DNA of 64,000 nucleotides from Amoebophrya sp. A120 (taxonomy: Eukaryota; Protista; Dinoflagellata), in NCBI GenBank assembly GCA_905178155.1, contig CAJINV010000001.1, positions 1,228,606 to 1,292,605 on the forward strand, written 5' to 3'. The position numbers were made by a program, and so were the translations under genes. Shown in pieces: positions 37,527-48,800 of the stretch. Position 1 is the stretch's first letter. The number at the start of each line of letters is the position of its first letter. The notes below the pieces were generated by a model, which saw only the letters and a list, made by a program, of their open reading frames with translations, was not told the origin of the DNA and did not search any database.

Positions 37527-38127
37527 ATGTTGGACTTGATGACCTTGGGCTTGAGCATCGGCGCTCAGGAGGAGCTGCAGAAGGCTCGCCAGGACACCGG
37601 AGCGGTGTGCCACCAGCAGGAGGAGGCTGCTCCGTCTGACGCGGAATCCACCTCGACTATGATGGAGGCCTGCGCGGAAGCGCTCGGTATTATGTCAACG
37701 ATTTTTGTCTGTGATGCAGCTCGTGTGCAAAAAGCTATGCTGTTTGGTGATGGTGAGTTTGTATCATAGATTTTCCTGATGCGTGGAACGATAGGGTGTT
37801 GCGATTTCTGTTGCGAAACTCCCATATATAAGTACAAAAAAAAAACAGAATCCGTCTTGAACACTGTGGAAAACGCTGCGTCTTCCGTCGTGTCCGCCAT
37901 GACCCCGTCTTCCGAAATGGTCGAGTCGGTATTATTATTTTTTTTACGCAGTATGCTTTCGTGCATTAGAAAATTAACTTGTAATGCTTTGACATGCATC
38001 ACAATATTGTTTTTCGCTCTGCGTTGCTTCGATATGCATGACAAACACACAGGTTATGGACAACTGCACCATCGAGGCGCCGACGGTCGACTTGTCCCTG
38101 CCCACCAAGGCGGTGCTCAAGAAGTAA
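37527..38127 (+). CDS. Small hypothetical protein (three putative exons)
   Basis: GC3-rich blocks separated by AT-rich GT-AG-like gaps; no recognised domain. Confidence 0.4.
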
Positions 38128-39365
38128 GTGGGTGGTTTGTCATCGTCGGTCTTCTGCATGTTCGTCATGCAAGGCACGCATTTTGATTTGAGTTTTTTAT
38201 GTTTCGTCAGTTAGAAGTTGTACAAGGAAAATGTCTGTTGCTAATGAATCCGAGTACCAAAAAAATTCAATCCTTGAAAGATTCTACCCTCATCTTAGAC
38301 AGTACGATACCTAGAAAATTATCTTGTGTCACTCTGGTGTTGCAAAGTTCCTTCCGCTTTACACTCACCTTTAGCCGCATTCTTTATTCTTATTCGAACA
38401 GATCACCAACTAAATTATCTTGTAGCCAAAGAAGCTGAGTAACTTCTATTTGAGAAAGACCCCCAGCACTGTTATGTATGAATGAGCCCAGTTAGGTAGT
38501 TGAGTCGACTTTGAATTGCCCTATTTTCCGAAATGAATACGTCTAGAAATTACACACAAACATACGTAACTACGACAAAGCAAAAATCCGTTCAGTACTA
38601 CCTAAAAAAGTCTTCGCACCTCGTTGCGGGAGTGCGGAGGCTGTGCGGCCCTGCGAACCGATCGGATTTGTGAAAAGTTTCATCCAGGAAATAAAGCAAC
38701 TGTACATTATTCTGCTACCGTAGTTCTGGTTTTCGGGCTTTGGACTGCGGAAGCGGAGCCGTTTCGAGCTGTTGTTTGCAAATGAACTTAGAAACAATTT
38801 AGCGTTATCACGCACGTATTTACTCGTTTTCGTACTACCCAAGAACCCAGATTGATTTCTGCAATTCAAGTTCGAGTCTTCCGCCCATCTTCGTTCCTAG
38901 AACCCGGAACTGGAAGTTTGATAACCCGCTGAAGCGAACGAAGAGCTGGCTCATTGTTTCCTTGAAAAAAAAACAAAAACACCAAGCAGGTACTGCTGAG
39001 CAGTCATGGCCACAGCCACTAACAGGCACGGAAAATCTTGCAGACTCGTTGTTCTCGTTGTCGATGACCGGTATTCGTGACCTCCTATGTCTTAATTGTC
39101 ATCTCATGATCGTTTTAGACGAGGGTCCGCAGGTAGTTCCCACATAGAAATCGAAGCAGAGCGAAGGAGCGTCGTGTCTCTAAGTACTATAGTCGCGACG
39201 TGAATTTTCTGGTGGACTTCGCTTGAGATGAGAAACGATTATTGACCACACTTCGCGTAATTTTCTTTCGTGCAGCTGCCACCGACTTTATTCTCAATCA
39301 GTGCAGGACATCCTCCTCGGCGGAGTTATTGAGTTTACTCAAGTTTGATCGAACAAATCAACAAC

Positions 39366-40874
39366 ATGCGTATTTTCTTTCTCCACCCGGGGCAGACGGT
39401 TCCGGACGATGCCACGAATCCTCTGACCGACCTCGGACGGGAGGAGATCGCGCGCGTGATCGGGCATTTGTGTGACGTGGACTACTACAAAAAATGCAGC
39501 AATTTTACTTCGAACACCTCCCCGACGACCAGCAGTCCGCAGGAACAGTACAAATTAACTGCAGCGGCAAATTTCTACGCCCCGCCGGGCGACGAGACGC
39601 ACGTTCTGGTGATTTACCACGGGCCAGGGATTGCTAGTCGAGAAACCGCCGAAGCCGTGCAGGAGCGGTGCTTGCGGGAGGGCAGTTTCGCGGACGCGGT
39701 CTGCCTGCAACTTCTCGACGCAGATCCGGGAACTGAGGCAGCAGCGCTGACCGCCGCGCAAAAGGACTGGTGGGCGGATCTGCTACGGACCAAACCCGCG
39801 AAGGAGCGGAAACCGCGGTCGGATGATGCGCTAGCTTCTCCGGGCGGATCACCGATTCGGATGCTGTCGAAATCGACCCCCGTGCCGACGGCAGTCGGAC
39901 CCCTCGTCGAGATGAAGGGAGAAGGCGGAGTGCAGTCGCCCAGCATGAGTGCGCAGGTGTCGGTAAAAAGCAAATCTGGTGCAGCTGCATCGGCGTCGAA
40001 AAAATCTGCCTCCGAGAAGAGCAAAGCTGGCGGAGGCGGGGAAATCGCAGAGCAGCCAGCCGAAGGTGTAGAAACTGCTGCTCAAGCTGACGAGAAGAAA
40101 GAAGGAGCGGATGATGTTGAAGTAGCTCCGGGAGAGGACGACGATGGAGCAAAAGACAAAGAACAAGCGAAAGAAGAAGCCGGAGGCACAGCTGATGCTG
40201 CGAATGCGGAACAAGAACCAGAAGCTGCAGCAGAAAAGCCGGAGGCCGCGGAGGGTGATGAGGCGGCTTCGAAGAAATCCGCAAGAACGAATCAGTCGCA
40301 AAATAAATCTGCCGCCGGGGGAAGTAGTGCGAAACAAGCCGCGAGTGCCCCTGACCAGTCGAACACCAAAGCCGCGCCGCCAAGTACTAGTGCGAAAAAT
40401 AAAGCGAGCACCAGTCCCGCGTCGAAAAAAGAAGACGGAGTTTCCTCCCACGCGGATCCCCCGGTCGCCAGTAACGCCGCCACCAGCGTGCTTTCTGCCA
40501 CGGACCTGATGAATCTGCAAACGAATTTTCCGCCCAAGTCGCCCTCCCGTCGGCCGAAGGTGGATCCGGAAATTCTTTCGCGGATCGGCAGCGCAAAGTT
40601 TTCGGTGCTGTTCGTGGTCGAAGAACCGGTCTTGCGGCGCATGGTGGCGGACCTGATTCACCACTCCAAGTCCGAGGAGATTCCCACCGACTTCGGCGGG
40701 GACCCGCGCGTGCTGCTGCAGTTCTTGAAGCTGCGACCGGCCACGTTGCTCGGCCTGGAAACACCGTCCTACCAGGAGCAGGAGCTGCCGAAGTGGGTGC
40801 TGCTTGGAGAAAAGTCGCTGCTGGAGTTTCACTGGGAAATCAGTTTCTTGTTGACACCCGATTTGGTGTACTGA
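39366..40874 (+). CDS. Hypothetical protein, possibly a degenerate histidine-phosphatase (SixA/PGM-like) fold with a low-complexity insert
   Basis: MRIFFLHPG...PLTDLGREE...GPGIASRETA...VLFVVEEP spacing resembles the fold, but RHG is altered. Confidence 0.6.
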   Translation: MRIFFLHPGQTVPDDATNPLTDLGREEIARVIGHLCDVDYYKKCSNFTSNTSPTTSSPQEQYKLTAAANFYAPPGDETHVLVIYHGPGIASRETAEAVQERCLREGSFADAVCLQLLDADPGTEAAALTAAQKDWWADLLRTKPAKERKPRSDDALASPGGSPIRMLSKSTPVPTAVGPLVEMKGEGGVQSPSMSAQVSVKSKSGAAASASKKSASEKSKAGGGGEIAEQPAEGVETAAQADEKKEGADDVEVAPGEDDDGAKDKEQAKEEAGGTADAANAEQEPEAAAEKPEAAEGDEAASKKSARTNQSQNKSAAGGSSAKQAASAPDQSNTKAAPPSTSAKNKASTSPASKKEDGVSSHADPPVASNAATSVLSATDLMNLQTNFPPKSPSRRPKVDPEILSRIGSAKFSVLFVVEEPVLRRMVADLIHHSKSEEIPTDFGGDPRVLLQFLKLRPATLLGLETPSYQEQELPKWVLLGEKSLLEFHWEISFLLTPDLVY

Positions 40875-42927
40875 ATCTGGGAAAAAGTTTCAAGGTACTT
40901 GAGTACAGACAAGCATCGGTGTAGATTGGGTGGGGTGAAGTATTGAATACAGTATTGAATGATACCGGTGCGGGATGTTTATTAAGCTTGTGTTTCTGTG
41001 CGAGTTAGGAATGTTTACTAGGGTAGAAATATGACGAAGAATGTCGATGATCCGATTGCAAAACGGAAAAATCCTTTCACCAATGTAAATTTCCCGAACA
41101 AAACAGAGAAAAAAATTGAGCATACGCTCGTGATTGACGGCGAAGGGTCTACCTTTTGCAGCCCTCATGCAAAGATGCATTTTTTGGCGCCCTTCACCAT
41201 GATACCGTCGAAAGTGAGCTTTTTATGAGTTCAATAAAGCAGAATTCTACGGGGGTTTCTTTGTCGTAATTGAAGAAAACAAAAAGATCACCACCGAGGA
41301 TGAGAACAACCGTCGAGAAACAGTTCGTGGAGCGATATACTTGATTCGTTCACAAACAGCTTTAACTTGCGTCACAAACAGCTTCACTTGGTCCTGGTTA
41401 TGGTTATGGTGCGTTTACTTTCTATAGAGAAATATGCGAAAGCGTGTCATTGGTTTGATTTTCATTGTGGAGAAATGTTTCAGAGCAGCTACGGAAGAGA
41501 TTACTACTATCGTGGCTGCGCGTTCATGCACTAAGTAACTAGGTTTTACATTGATCAACCGTGCTGGAGTCAAAATGCAGGACCAGCGGCGGTTTATCAG
41601 CGCTTCCACGGCCAAAATTTTGGTGGGTGGGTGCGGTGCGTCGCTGATGGCCTTTCAGCTCCTGGGCGTCATGGTGCTTGTCAACACGTTTCTCTATGTC
41701 GACTCGCAGGAATTGCAGACTGCGGTAAAAATGTGGATAGGATTTACACATGTTGTGATTTTTGCATTCATATAAGTACATGCATCGTCAGCGTCAATGC
41801 ATCTTAGAATTATACCACCGATGTCACTCAGAATGAGAATTAAGTACGACCGTCACCTCAACACATGGAAGAAGTGCTTCATACTCGCATCAAAGGTTGA
41901 CTACATGGAGGCAAATGGAAATATATGATGCCGCCCAACAAGGGCACACAGCAGCCCGATCCACGCGGAATGGGGCCACTCCGCAGCCTAGATAAATTGT
42001 CGCGTTCAGAAACTTAACTGCTTGCCAGCGTTTACTGACCTTCTTAATAACCGATGACTGCTACGGGAAAGATGCGATATGAAGATCATATTTACGCGAA
42101 ACATTTCGCAGGTAGACGCGATGATTGCAAGCGGTGGGCCATCAGGAAAGTAGTAGGAAAAGGCGATGATTAAGTACGCTTACGCGGCGATGAAGTTTAG
42201 GATTACGCTTACGAATATGCTGGGTGTTGAAGCTCTTTGCGTATAATAATGTGTGCTGAAACTACTTTCAAGGAGCAAATTTTACCCCGATAGTTGTATC
42301 GGGTGCTGAACCAGTACCAGGAAGCCGGCTTTTGTTGAAGAGTGGCCTTTCCGCGATTTTCCATCCCATGTTTTTCGGCAGAAGAGAAGTTATAGTCACG
42401 AGAGGCTGGGTCGCGTTTTTGTTATGCACAGAAAGAGAAAATAACTGAAAGGGACAAGAAATTCGATTGGGACAGCACGGGCATAAAGCTCGTTGTTCTT
42501 TCGATCGCTCTTTTGACAATGTTGATTTCGATTGAATTGGATCTGTGCTGCTGGGTTAGAAGACTTGTTTTCTGCGATGACCTGACTGGGAGATACCAGA
42601 TTTGGACGATCTGAGACCCTGTTTCGTGCAGAGTGAAGCGGACAAACGACTGCTTACATTACAGGAGGACAACGAACGAAAACTGAGAACAGAGGGGAAG
42701 AGCCATTCAAGGAGCGATTTTCCTTCGGCCTTCGCAGTAGACTTCTATATCGTGTGAAGAAAGTGCTGCGCCCGCTAAATTAAGTAAGTTTCTTTCTCAC
42801 AGAGAATCTTTGTGCTCAACAAGGTGCCCCCGCAGGGCCACTCATTATGCTACCCTGTTGTTCTCGACTTAGGTCGCGGCCATAGTTCTTACAAGGAGAG
42901 AGATATATATATATAAGGAGCTTCATC

Positions 42928-43793
42928 ATGCTGAGGATTCTCTTATTCCTGGTCTTGGCCTCGGCCAGTTTTTTGGCGGATGGGAAAATCGTGAAGGTGG
43001 ACTCGTCTTCGTCTGCCATGACGGAAGCCGCGATCGGTACCGAAGAAGGTGGCAAGCAGCATATCAAAAGCAAAAATCCCCCCTCCCCATATCGAAAAGG
43101 TATGTTTCCGAAAATTTGTGTTGCTGATTTGAGGTCGCAATGCACATTTGTACTGCAAGAAGACAAGGGCAGAAGCTTCCGCCCCACTATGGAGGCGATC
43201 TGTCATGCTGTTGCCCCTAAAAGTGACCCGTTTGCCATGCTGAACAACTAGACCCATACGCCCCTACCTAGCCTGGGGATTTGGCCGCAGTGCCTCTCTG
43301 CAATACAAACCTGATTTGTGTACACAAATCCAGCATCTGAAATTCCGTTTTGATATGGGGAGGGGGGATTTTTCCTTTCGATACAGCAGAAGGCCCGGGT
43401 GGTGGTTGATCACCAGGCTGAGCATGCGGACGAAGACGCAGCTGCAACCGAGGATGAAAAAGTGAGTGAAGAAGGAGCGGAAAACAAGAAGGAAGAAGGA
43501 ACGGAACGACCGCCGACGAGAGCAAAACCAAAACGACGAACGACGCGGATGACAGCATGCAATACAACTTGAAAAAGCACTTCGACTACGCGCAGGACAA
43601 GGTGAGTGAGCATGTGACGGACATGGTCCGCCCGATCGAGAACGCCACCATTACCATCGAGGGAGCCAACGGAACGACGACGACCTTGCGTGCCGGTGAT
43701 ATCCCCGTCTGGGGTTGGCTTTCGCTCGGGGGCGGGTTTTTCTGCCTCGTCTTGTGTGTCTGCGGCTGCATCTTCTCGTACTTGAAGGGGTAA
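42928..43793 (+). CDS. Signal peptide plus C-terminal TM protein; one introner and an apparent 5-nt frameshift at about 43500
   Basis: MLRILLFLVLASASFLA... continues after the element; the downstream ORF 43557 is in frame only if one copy of ggaac/ggaac is removed. Confidence 0.6.
43062..43383. mobile_element. TIR introner, family A
   Basis: TSD cagca/cagca; internally close to 27188-27510. Confidence 0.93.
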
Positions 43794-44563
43794 GTGAGTG
43801 CGGTTCATCGGGAGCACGATAAATACGCCGGAAAAAAGGCGTGACAAGTTCTTTCCGGAATAGTTAGTGACGACTTTCGCGGTGGTACTCTCGAAAGAAC
43901 GACTAGCTGCACTTTTTGTCGGTTGTCCTTCGCTACGCAGGGAATTCTTGGTCGCAGAAGCTAAGGTAAGCCGGCACTCCCGGCCGAGAAATTGAGCTAT
44001 GGTAACGAAGTACAACTTGCGATGAAATTACAACACAAAAGATCGTCCACACAGAAGCGAGGCCTTGAATTACATCCCAAGAAAAGTTGTGAGGCACCAG
44101 CGTCCTGAATCAAAAAACATAGAAGGTTGATAGATACTTGCGATTCTCCGCAAAAGGGGAGAGAAAATCCTGACAGCACGATGACGATGATCTAAAAATC
44201 AGAAGTGAAATGTAAGAATCACGATCCTCGCACAGTGTTCATACAACAAGAAAAATAAACCGGCATTATTTGAATCACATCTACTAAATTTTCGATCGAC
44301 GAGGGTGGACACATGACGACGAGAAAAAAAATCAGATCGTTGAAAATTCGTATTTTTGCTCATTTTGATTTTCGAAATGAACCGAATACGTCGAACTCGA
44401 AGGCATATAGCAAGCGGGAGATGATGAATTCGATTTTTTTCATTTTCTCTGTGGTATTTTACAAAATGAAAATTTTCACCTACTTATCCAAATACAGCGA
44501 CCGATAGTGAGGTGGTAGGATTTTTTTCTCAGAACTGCAACAAAAACCTCGCCCCCTTAGTTT

Positions 44564-46903
44564 ATGTCCAGCCCTGACGAGGATAATATCGATATCCTCA
44601 GCACAATCTTGAAAGAACCCGAAGTAGAACAGAATCGAAATAAGCATTCCCCCGTCTCCTCCTCTTTTCTCCTCCCCCCGGAGCAAAAAGTGATGTCGGC
44701 GCAGCGGAGCAAGTACGACATCAACTTCCTGCAAGTTGCGGATGGCAAGCCCTTCCAGCTGTCCGACTTTTCCGATCGACCATTAGTCGTGCACTTCTAC
44801 ACGATATGCATTGCAAATATGTCTGGGTCTGGAAGGATGCGAACTTGTGATGCGCATTTCACAACACAGACAAATCTCTCATGCATAGGCAGCAAAAGGC
44901 GCCCATTTCCTGTCACCAAAATGGGGGATTTGTCATGCGGATTAAGCAACGCGGAAGCTTCTCGAAATCTGTGATGCTAGGGCTTCCATGACAGACATTT
45001 TGTGTCGTGCAGGAACAGCATGACAAAAATCTGCATTCTTCCAGACCCAGACATTTTTGCATTTGATACACGAGCTGAGGCGGGTGTTGGCCCTGCGCCA
45101 AACAGATGGAGCGGTGGGCGTCCAGCGACAAGTACTTCTATCGTAAGGAAAAATCCCCCCTCCCCATATTGAAAGCGTATCCGTCTGAAAATTTGTGATG
45201 TGCATTTGTGACCTCAAATCCTGTCTGTCTTGCAAGAAGGCAAGTCCAGAGAGCGCCCCGCATTTTGCAGGCGGTTTGTGATGCTGTTGGGCTTAGAGCA
45301 TACACGTTTGCCATGCTAGGCACCTACGTCAAAACCTCTCGACTGAGGCTTGACATATGCCTGCAGTCCTCTACTGCAAGACAAATGTGATTTGTGTATG
45401 GAAATCCAGCATCAGAAACGTCGTTTCGATATGGGGAGGGGGCATTTTTCATTTTGATAACTTTCAGACCGCGTACTTTGTCTGCGTGTGCGTCCAGTAT
45501 GACCGCCGCCACCCGCACGGGTTGCCCATGCAGATGGGTGCTGAAACACGGTTCCAACATGCGATCAACGGGTATTGCAACGCGGAATCGGCCCTGCCCC
45601 GGTACGGCCAGCTCGGCTGCCAGGGCTTCGTCATGTTTGACCGGAATTTAGAAATGAAGCACGCGGAGACCAGCAGCTTCCTGCAGGTGAAGCAGTTGGC
45701 TTTTGAAAACGTGGAGCAGCTGCTGGACAGCATGATCCAGCGGGACGCAATTCCACCTTTCTTGTGTCCGGGCGAGATGTGCGTGATCCAAAAATTAGAG
45801 AACCGCAAGGACCTGAATGGCCGCAACGTGATCTGCTTACAAAGCGCCGACGACAACACCTACGTCGTGACCCCCGGCGGGGGAAAGCAGCTGCGGCTGA
45901 AGGCGGAAAATTTACGGAACGTCACGAGAACGACGGTGCAGCCTTCTTGCGCGATGAATAGTTCTAACGGTGTGAAAGAGTGCAACGGCTGCGACGACGG
46001 TTCAAGGACATCTCGTGGGCAGGAAGGCGAAGTGCCGTCCTGCACGCCGTCTGCACCAAAGCCCGCCGCACAGACCGGCGCGGTGCCGTCCTGTATAGAC
46101 GGAGCCTGTCCGAAACCACCGGTGAGTAGTAGTCAACAGCAAAATGCTGGTGCTCCAGTCGTTTCCGCCCACGCCGGATACCCGACCCAGGACAAATCCG
46201 CTATTGAGGCGGAGCAAGCGTGGGCGCGGTGCAAGAACCTGCTGAACACGCAGGAAAAACACCATCTAGGCATCGAGGAGATGGACGAACAGCATGAGCA
46301 GTGCTTCGGCACTTTGAAACAATTAGTGAAGAAGAAGACCGCGGACGCGCTTCTAGCAGTGGAGCAATCCTTCCGGGCCCACTTCGAGGATGAGGAGGCG
46401 ACGTGGAAGAAATACGGCTTCGGGAACGGCAAGGAAAAGTTTTCCGCGACGAAATCGCACATTGAGGAGCACGAACGCGTGTTGTTGGAACTGGTGAATT
46501 ACTACAAGATTTTAAAAACAGAAGAAGGAACTGGGACGGCGGGCATTACCACCGTCGCCGCGTGCTTTACCGAGCAGTTGTTAAAGGAGTTTTTTTCGCA
46601 CATCGAAGACTACGACTCCAAGTACGAGCAGGCGATCAAGGAGGCGATGGTATGGAGAGAAAAAAGTTTGTCACAGTCACTATCTTGCAGGTTTTGCATA
46701 TACAAATTTTTTGAGCATCACAGCTTTTCTTTGTATTGCAGAAACAGTAGGGAAATCCCTTATGAAGTTTGGCTGTGATGCATTTTTACGCATGACAGAA
46801 AATTTTGTATTGCAAAATAAATGCGCATGAGTGATCGTGACGAACATTTTTTGTTTGATAGATGGCGGACGAGAAGTACTGCTGCACCGAGGCCAGCGCC
46901 TAG
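44564..46903 (+). CDS. Thioredoxin-like (putative Sec, UGGC) + SH3-like + hemerythrin fusion protein
   Basis: After removing 3 introners: VVHFYTS[TGA]GGCWPC...GQLGCQGF...; hemerythrin ligands H, HFEDEE, HIEEH, HIEDYD; stop TAG at 46901-46903. Confidence 0.8.
44805..45068. mobile_element. TIR introner, family B
   Basis: TSD cacga/cacga; internally close to 1435-1687. Confidence 0.93.
45139..45459. mobile_element. TIR introner, family A (opposite orientation to 1053-1373 and 60690-61010)
   Basis: Flanks acttc/acttt; frame restored. Confidence 0.92.
46651..46860. mobile_element. TIR introner, family H
   Basis: tatggagagaaaaaagtttgtcacagtcact / agtgatcgtgacgaacattttttgtttgata; TSD gatgg/gatgg. 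Confidence 0.88.
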
Positions 46904-47182
46904 GGCACAGTGGTGGAAACTACAGTGGTCGAGTCTTTCTCATTACTTTACTCACCGGTGATGAAGATGCCGTTCTTGTGCAGCTGCCCGTGGTTGTCGC
47001 GATCAACACCCGAAGGAGCAGATGAACTGATTCTAACTCTTCACACGACGAGATGGACAACAAGAATGCCGCCATCTATCCCGGTCCTCAGCTCTATCCC
47101 GGTGGGAACAGATCCTCAGCGACTGTCCCGAGCAGCTCAGTGATGAGAATGTGTCCAGGCGGATTAGGTTGGCCTGCCAGGA

Positions 47183-47391
47183 TATCCCACGAAAAAACTG
47201 TTTCACTGTAATGATTTTGCAAGTTTTGCATTACAAGTTTGTTCTGCATTACAGAGAAAATTTGCCATGCGAGATTCCTAAGGGAAAACAAAGCTAAAAA
47301 GCCATTGTCTTGCATGTGTAGCAAGACAAACACTTGTGAAAAACATTTTCTGCATTACAAGTTTACAGTGAAACAGTTTTTTCTGGCGATA
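47183..47391. mobile_element. TIR element, family F
   Basis: tatcccacgaaaaaactgtttcactgtaaa-like / tttacagtgaaacagttttttctggcgata; TSD cagga/cagga. Confidence 0.9.
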
Positions 47392-47476
47392 CAGGAGTTC
47401 AAAGTGCGTCTGACCGGAATGAATATCCCGCAATGCCCGGGCCTGTCCTACCGCGCAACCAGTCATGTTATGAGAA

Positions 47477-47630
47477 TATGAACTGCAAAAGTATCGTACT
47501 CGTATAAATGCATGACAAATTCCCTCAGCATGAGAAATAAAATTTGTAATGCAGATTTGGCTTGGAAACAAGATTGTAATGCAAGACTTGCGTTAGCATT
47601 TGTACGAGTACGATACTTTTGCACAGGATA
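47477..47630. mobile_element. TIR element, family E
   Basis: tatgaactgcaaaagtatcgtactcgtataaatgc / gcatttgtacgagtacgatacttttgcacaggata; TSD gagaa/gagaa. Confidence 0.9.
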
Positions 47631-47981
47631 GAGAATTGATATAAACAACTTCAAACTCGTCCCGCTCTGCGCTGCCCAAGGGTCGTGGTGGCTTTATTGA
47701 TGTATAGTAAGTAGTTGTTCATCAGCAGCGCCGAAAGCTGGAACTTCTGCTTGGAAGGCTTGTTTCTGTGTCGATAGCGCTGCGTATGTGTATGATCAAC
47801 GTTCTTCGCGGCCAGCGCTGCAAATATGGGCAGAGTCCTCATAAACAACTTGCTTTCTCACTGTCGTCCAGTCGAGTTGTTCTTGAAAAGAAATGAATGC
47901 AGGATGGAGCAGCTGGAAGCACATGCATTAAAATTGTCTGGGATATGGGGACGAAGTTGGGCTTTCTCATGTACTTCTACA

Positions 47982-48800
47982 ATGGAGAAACAAGTTGAGA
48001 ACACCGACTTCTATGCGAACTACCACGGGCACACCGTGAGCGATCTCAATTAAGGCTCAAAAAAATCCATCCGCTCAACGGCTCTCAAAATGTTTTGAGA
48101 TTTTTTGAACCTTTTTGCGGGCCTTCATTTGTGATCATGCGCCTTTCGGGGCGGAAAAGGAGCTGGGAGCGTTTTATCATCGTTTCCCGCTCTTTCGCAA
48201 GACTCTGTGACTTGCAGAGCTTGCAAGTTTCTTTCAAACTTCAGCTGAAGTTCAAATTTGGCTTGAAGCTTTAAGTCAAATTTGAACTTCAAGTGAAGTT
48301 TGGAAGAACTGAACTAGTCCCACAAGTGGGTCCAACAAACAAATTTCCCAATAGGATTTGGCGTTTTCCGGACTTCTGTCGGACACCGCTGAAGGAGTAG
48401 AGCAAACAAATTTTGAGCAAAAAATTGAATACCTGCAAATGTATGCGAAACGGCGAAAGGTAGAAAAAGGCTGTCAAAATGGTCGCAGCTCGTGTTTTTT
48501 GATGCTCGACGGGGGGCGCTTTACAACCTACAGCCACAGCATCGGCGACGGCTTGCGAAGTGAAGCAGTGATGGGAGTACGGTCTCGCCAACCGCATTGC
48601 AACAGCTCGCGCACACAGATCGCGCAGAGTGCTCGGCCTTGCTCCTCGAATGCGAAGCGGGGCCCTATCGACTTTTCACCCCTTGCAAGAATTACTTCAG
48701 CAAACATTTTGGGAGCCGGGCTCCGAATGGATTTTTTTCACCCCTAACTCAAGCAGCTTGTGCGAAATCTGCGCAGCGCGGGGAGGCGCCGCTTCATCTA
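47982..48800 (+). pseudogene. 5' fragment paralog of the SGNH hydrolase gene at 55114
   Basis: MEKQVENTDFYANYHGHTVSDL[698-bp element]KQLVRNLRSAGRRRFI*; homology then stops. Confidence 0.85.
48050..48747. mobile_element. TIR element with TTA...TAA termini (family K)
   Basis: ttaaggctcaaaaaaatccatccg / cgaatggatttttttcacccctaa; TSD ctcaa/ctcaa; the site is empty in the 55114 paralog. Confidence 0.9.

Larger units (their letters stand above)
47053..47700 (+). pseudogene. Probable degenerate gene carrying two introners
   Basis: A reading frame (...RLACQEFKVRL...VMRIDINNF...) spans both elements but is out of frame with the ATG; the 5' 46 bp are duplicated at 48954-48999. Confidence 0.35.

Noticed and set aside
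41551-41775. Short hydrophobic ORF
   Set aside because: May be an exon, but no complete gene model or homology could be supported.
45076-45078. Genome-wide stop-codon reassignment (UGA=Trp) as the explanation for the in-frame TGA
   Set aside because: Other genes use TGG for Trp, end in TGA/TAA/TAG, and show no in-frame stops over kilobases.
48358-48747. ORF inside the TTA-type element as a transposase
   Set aside because: Too short, with no DDE or HTH signature.
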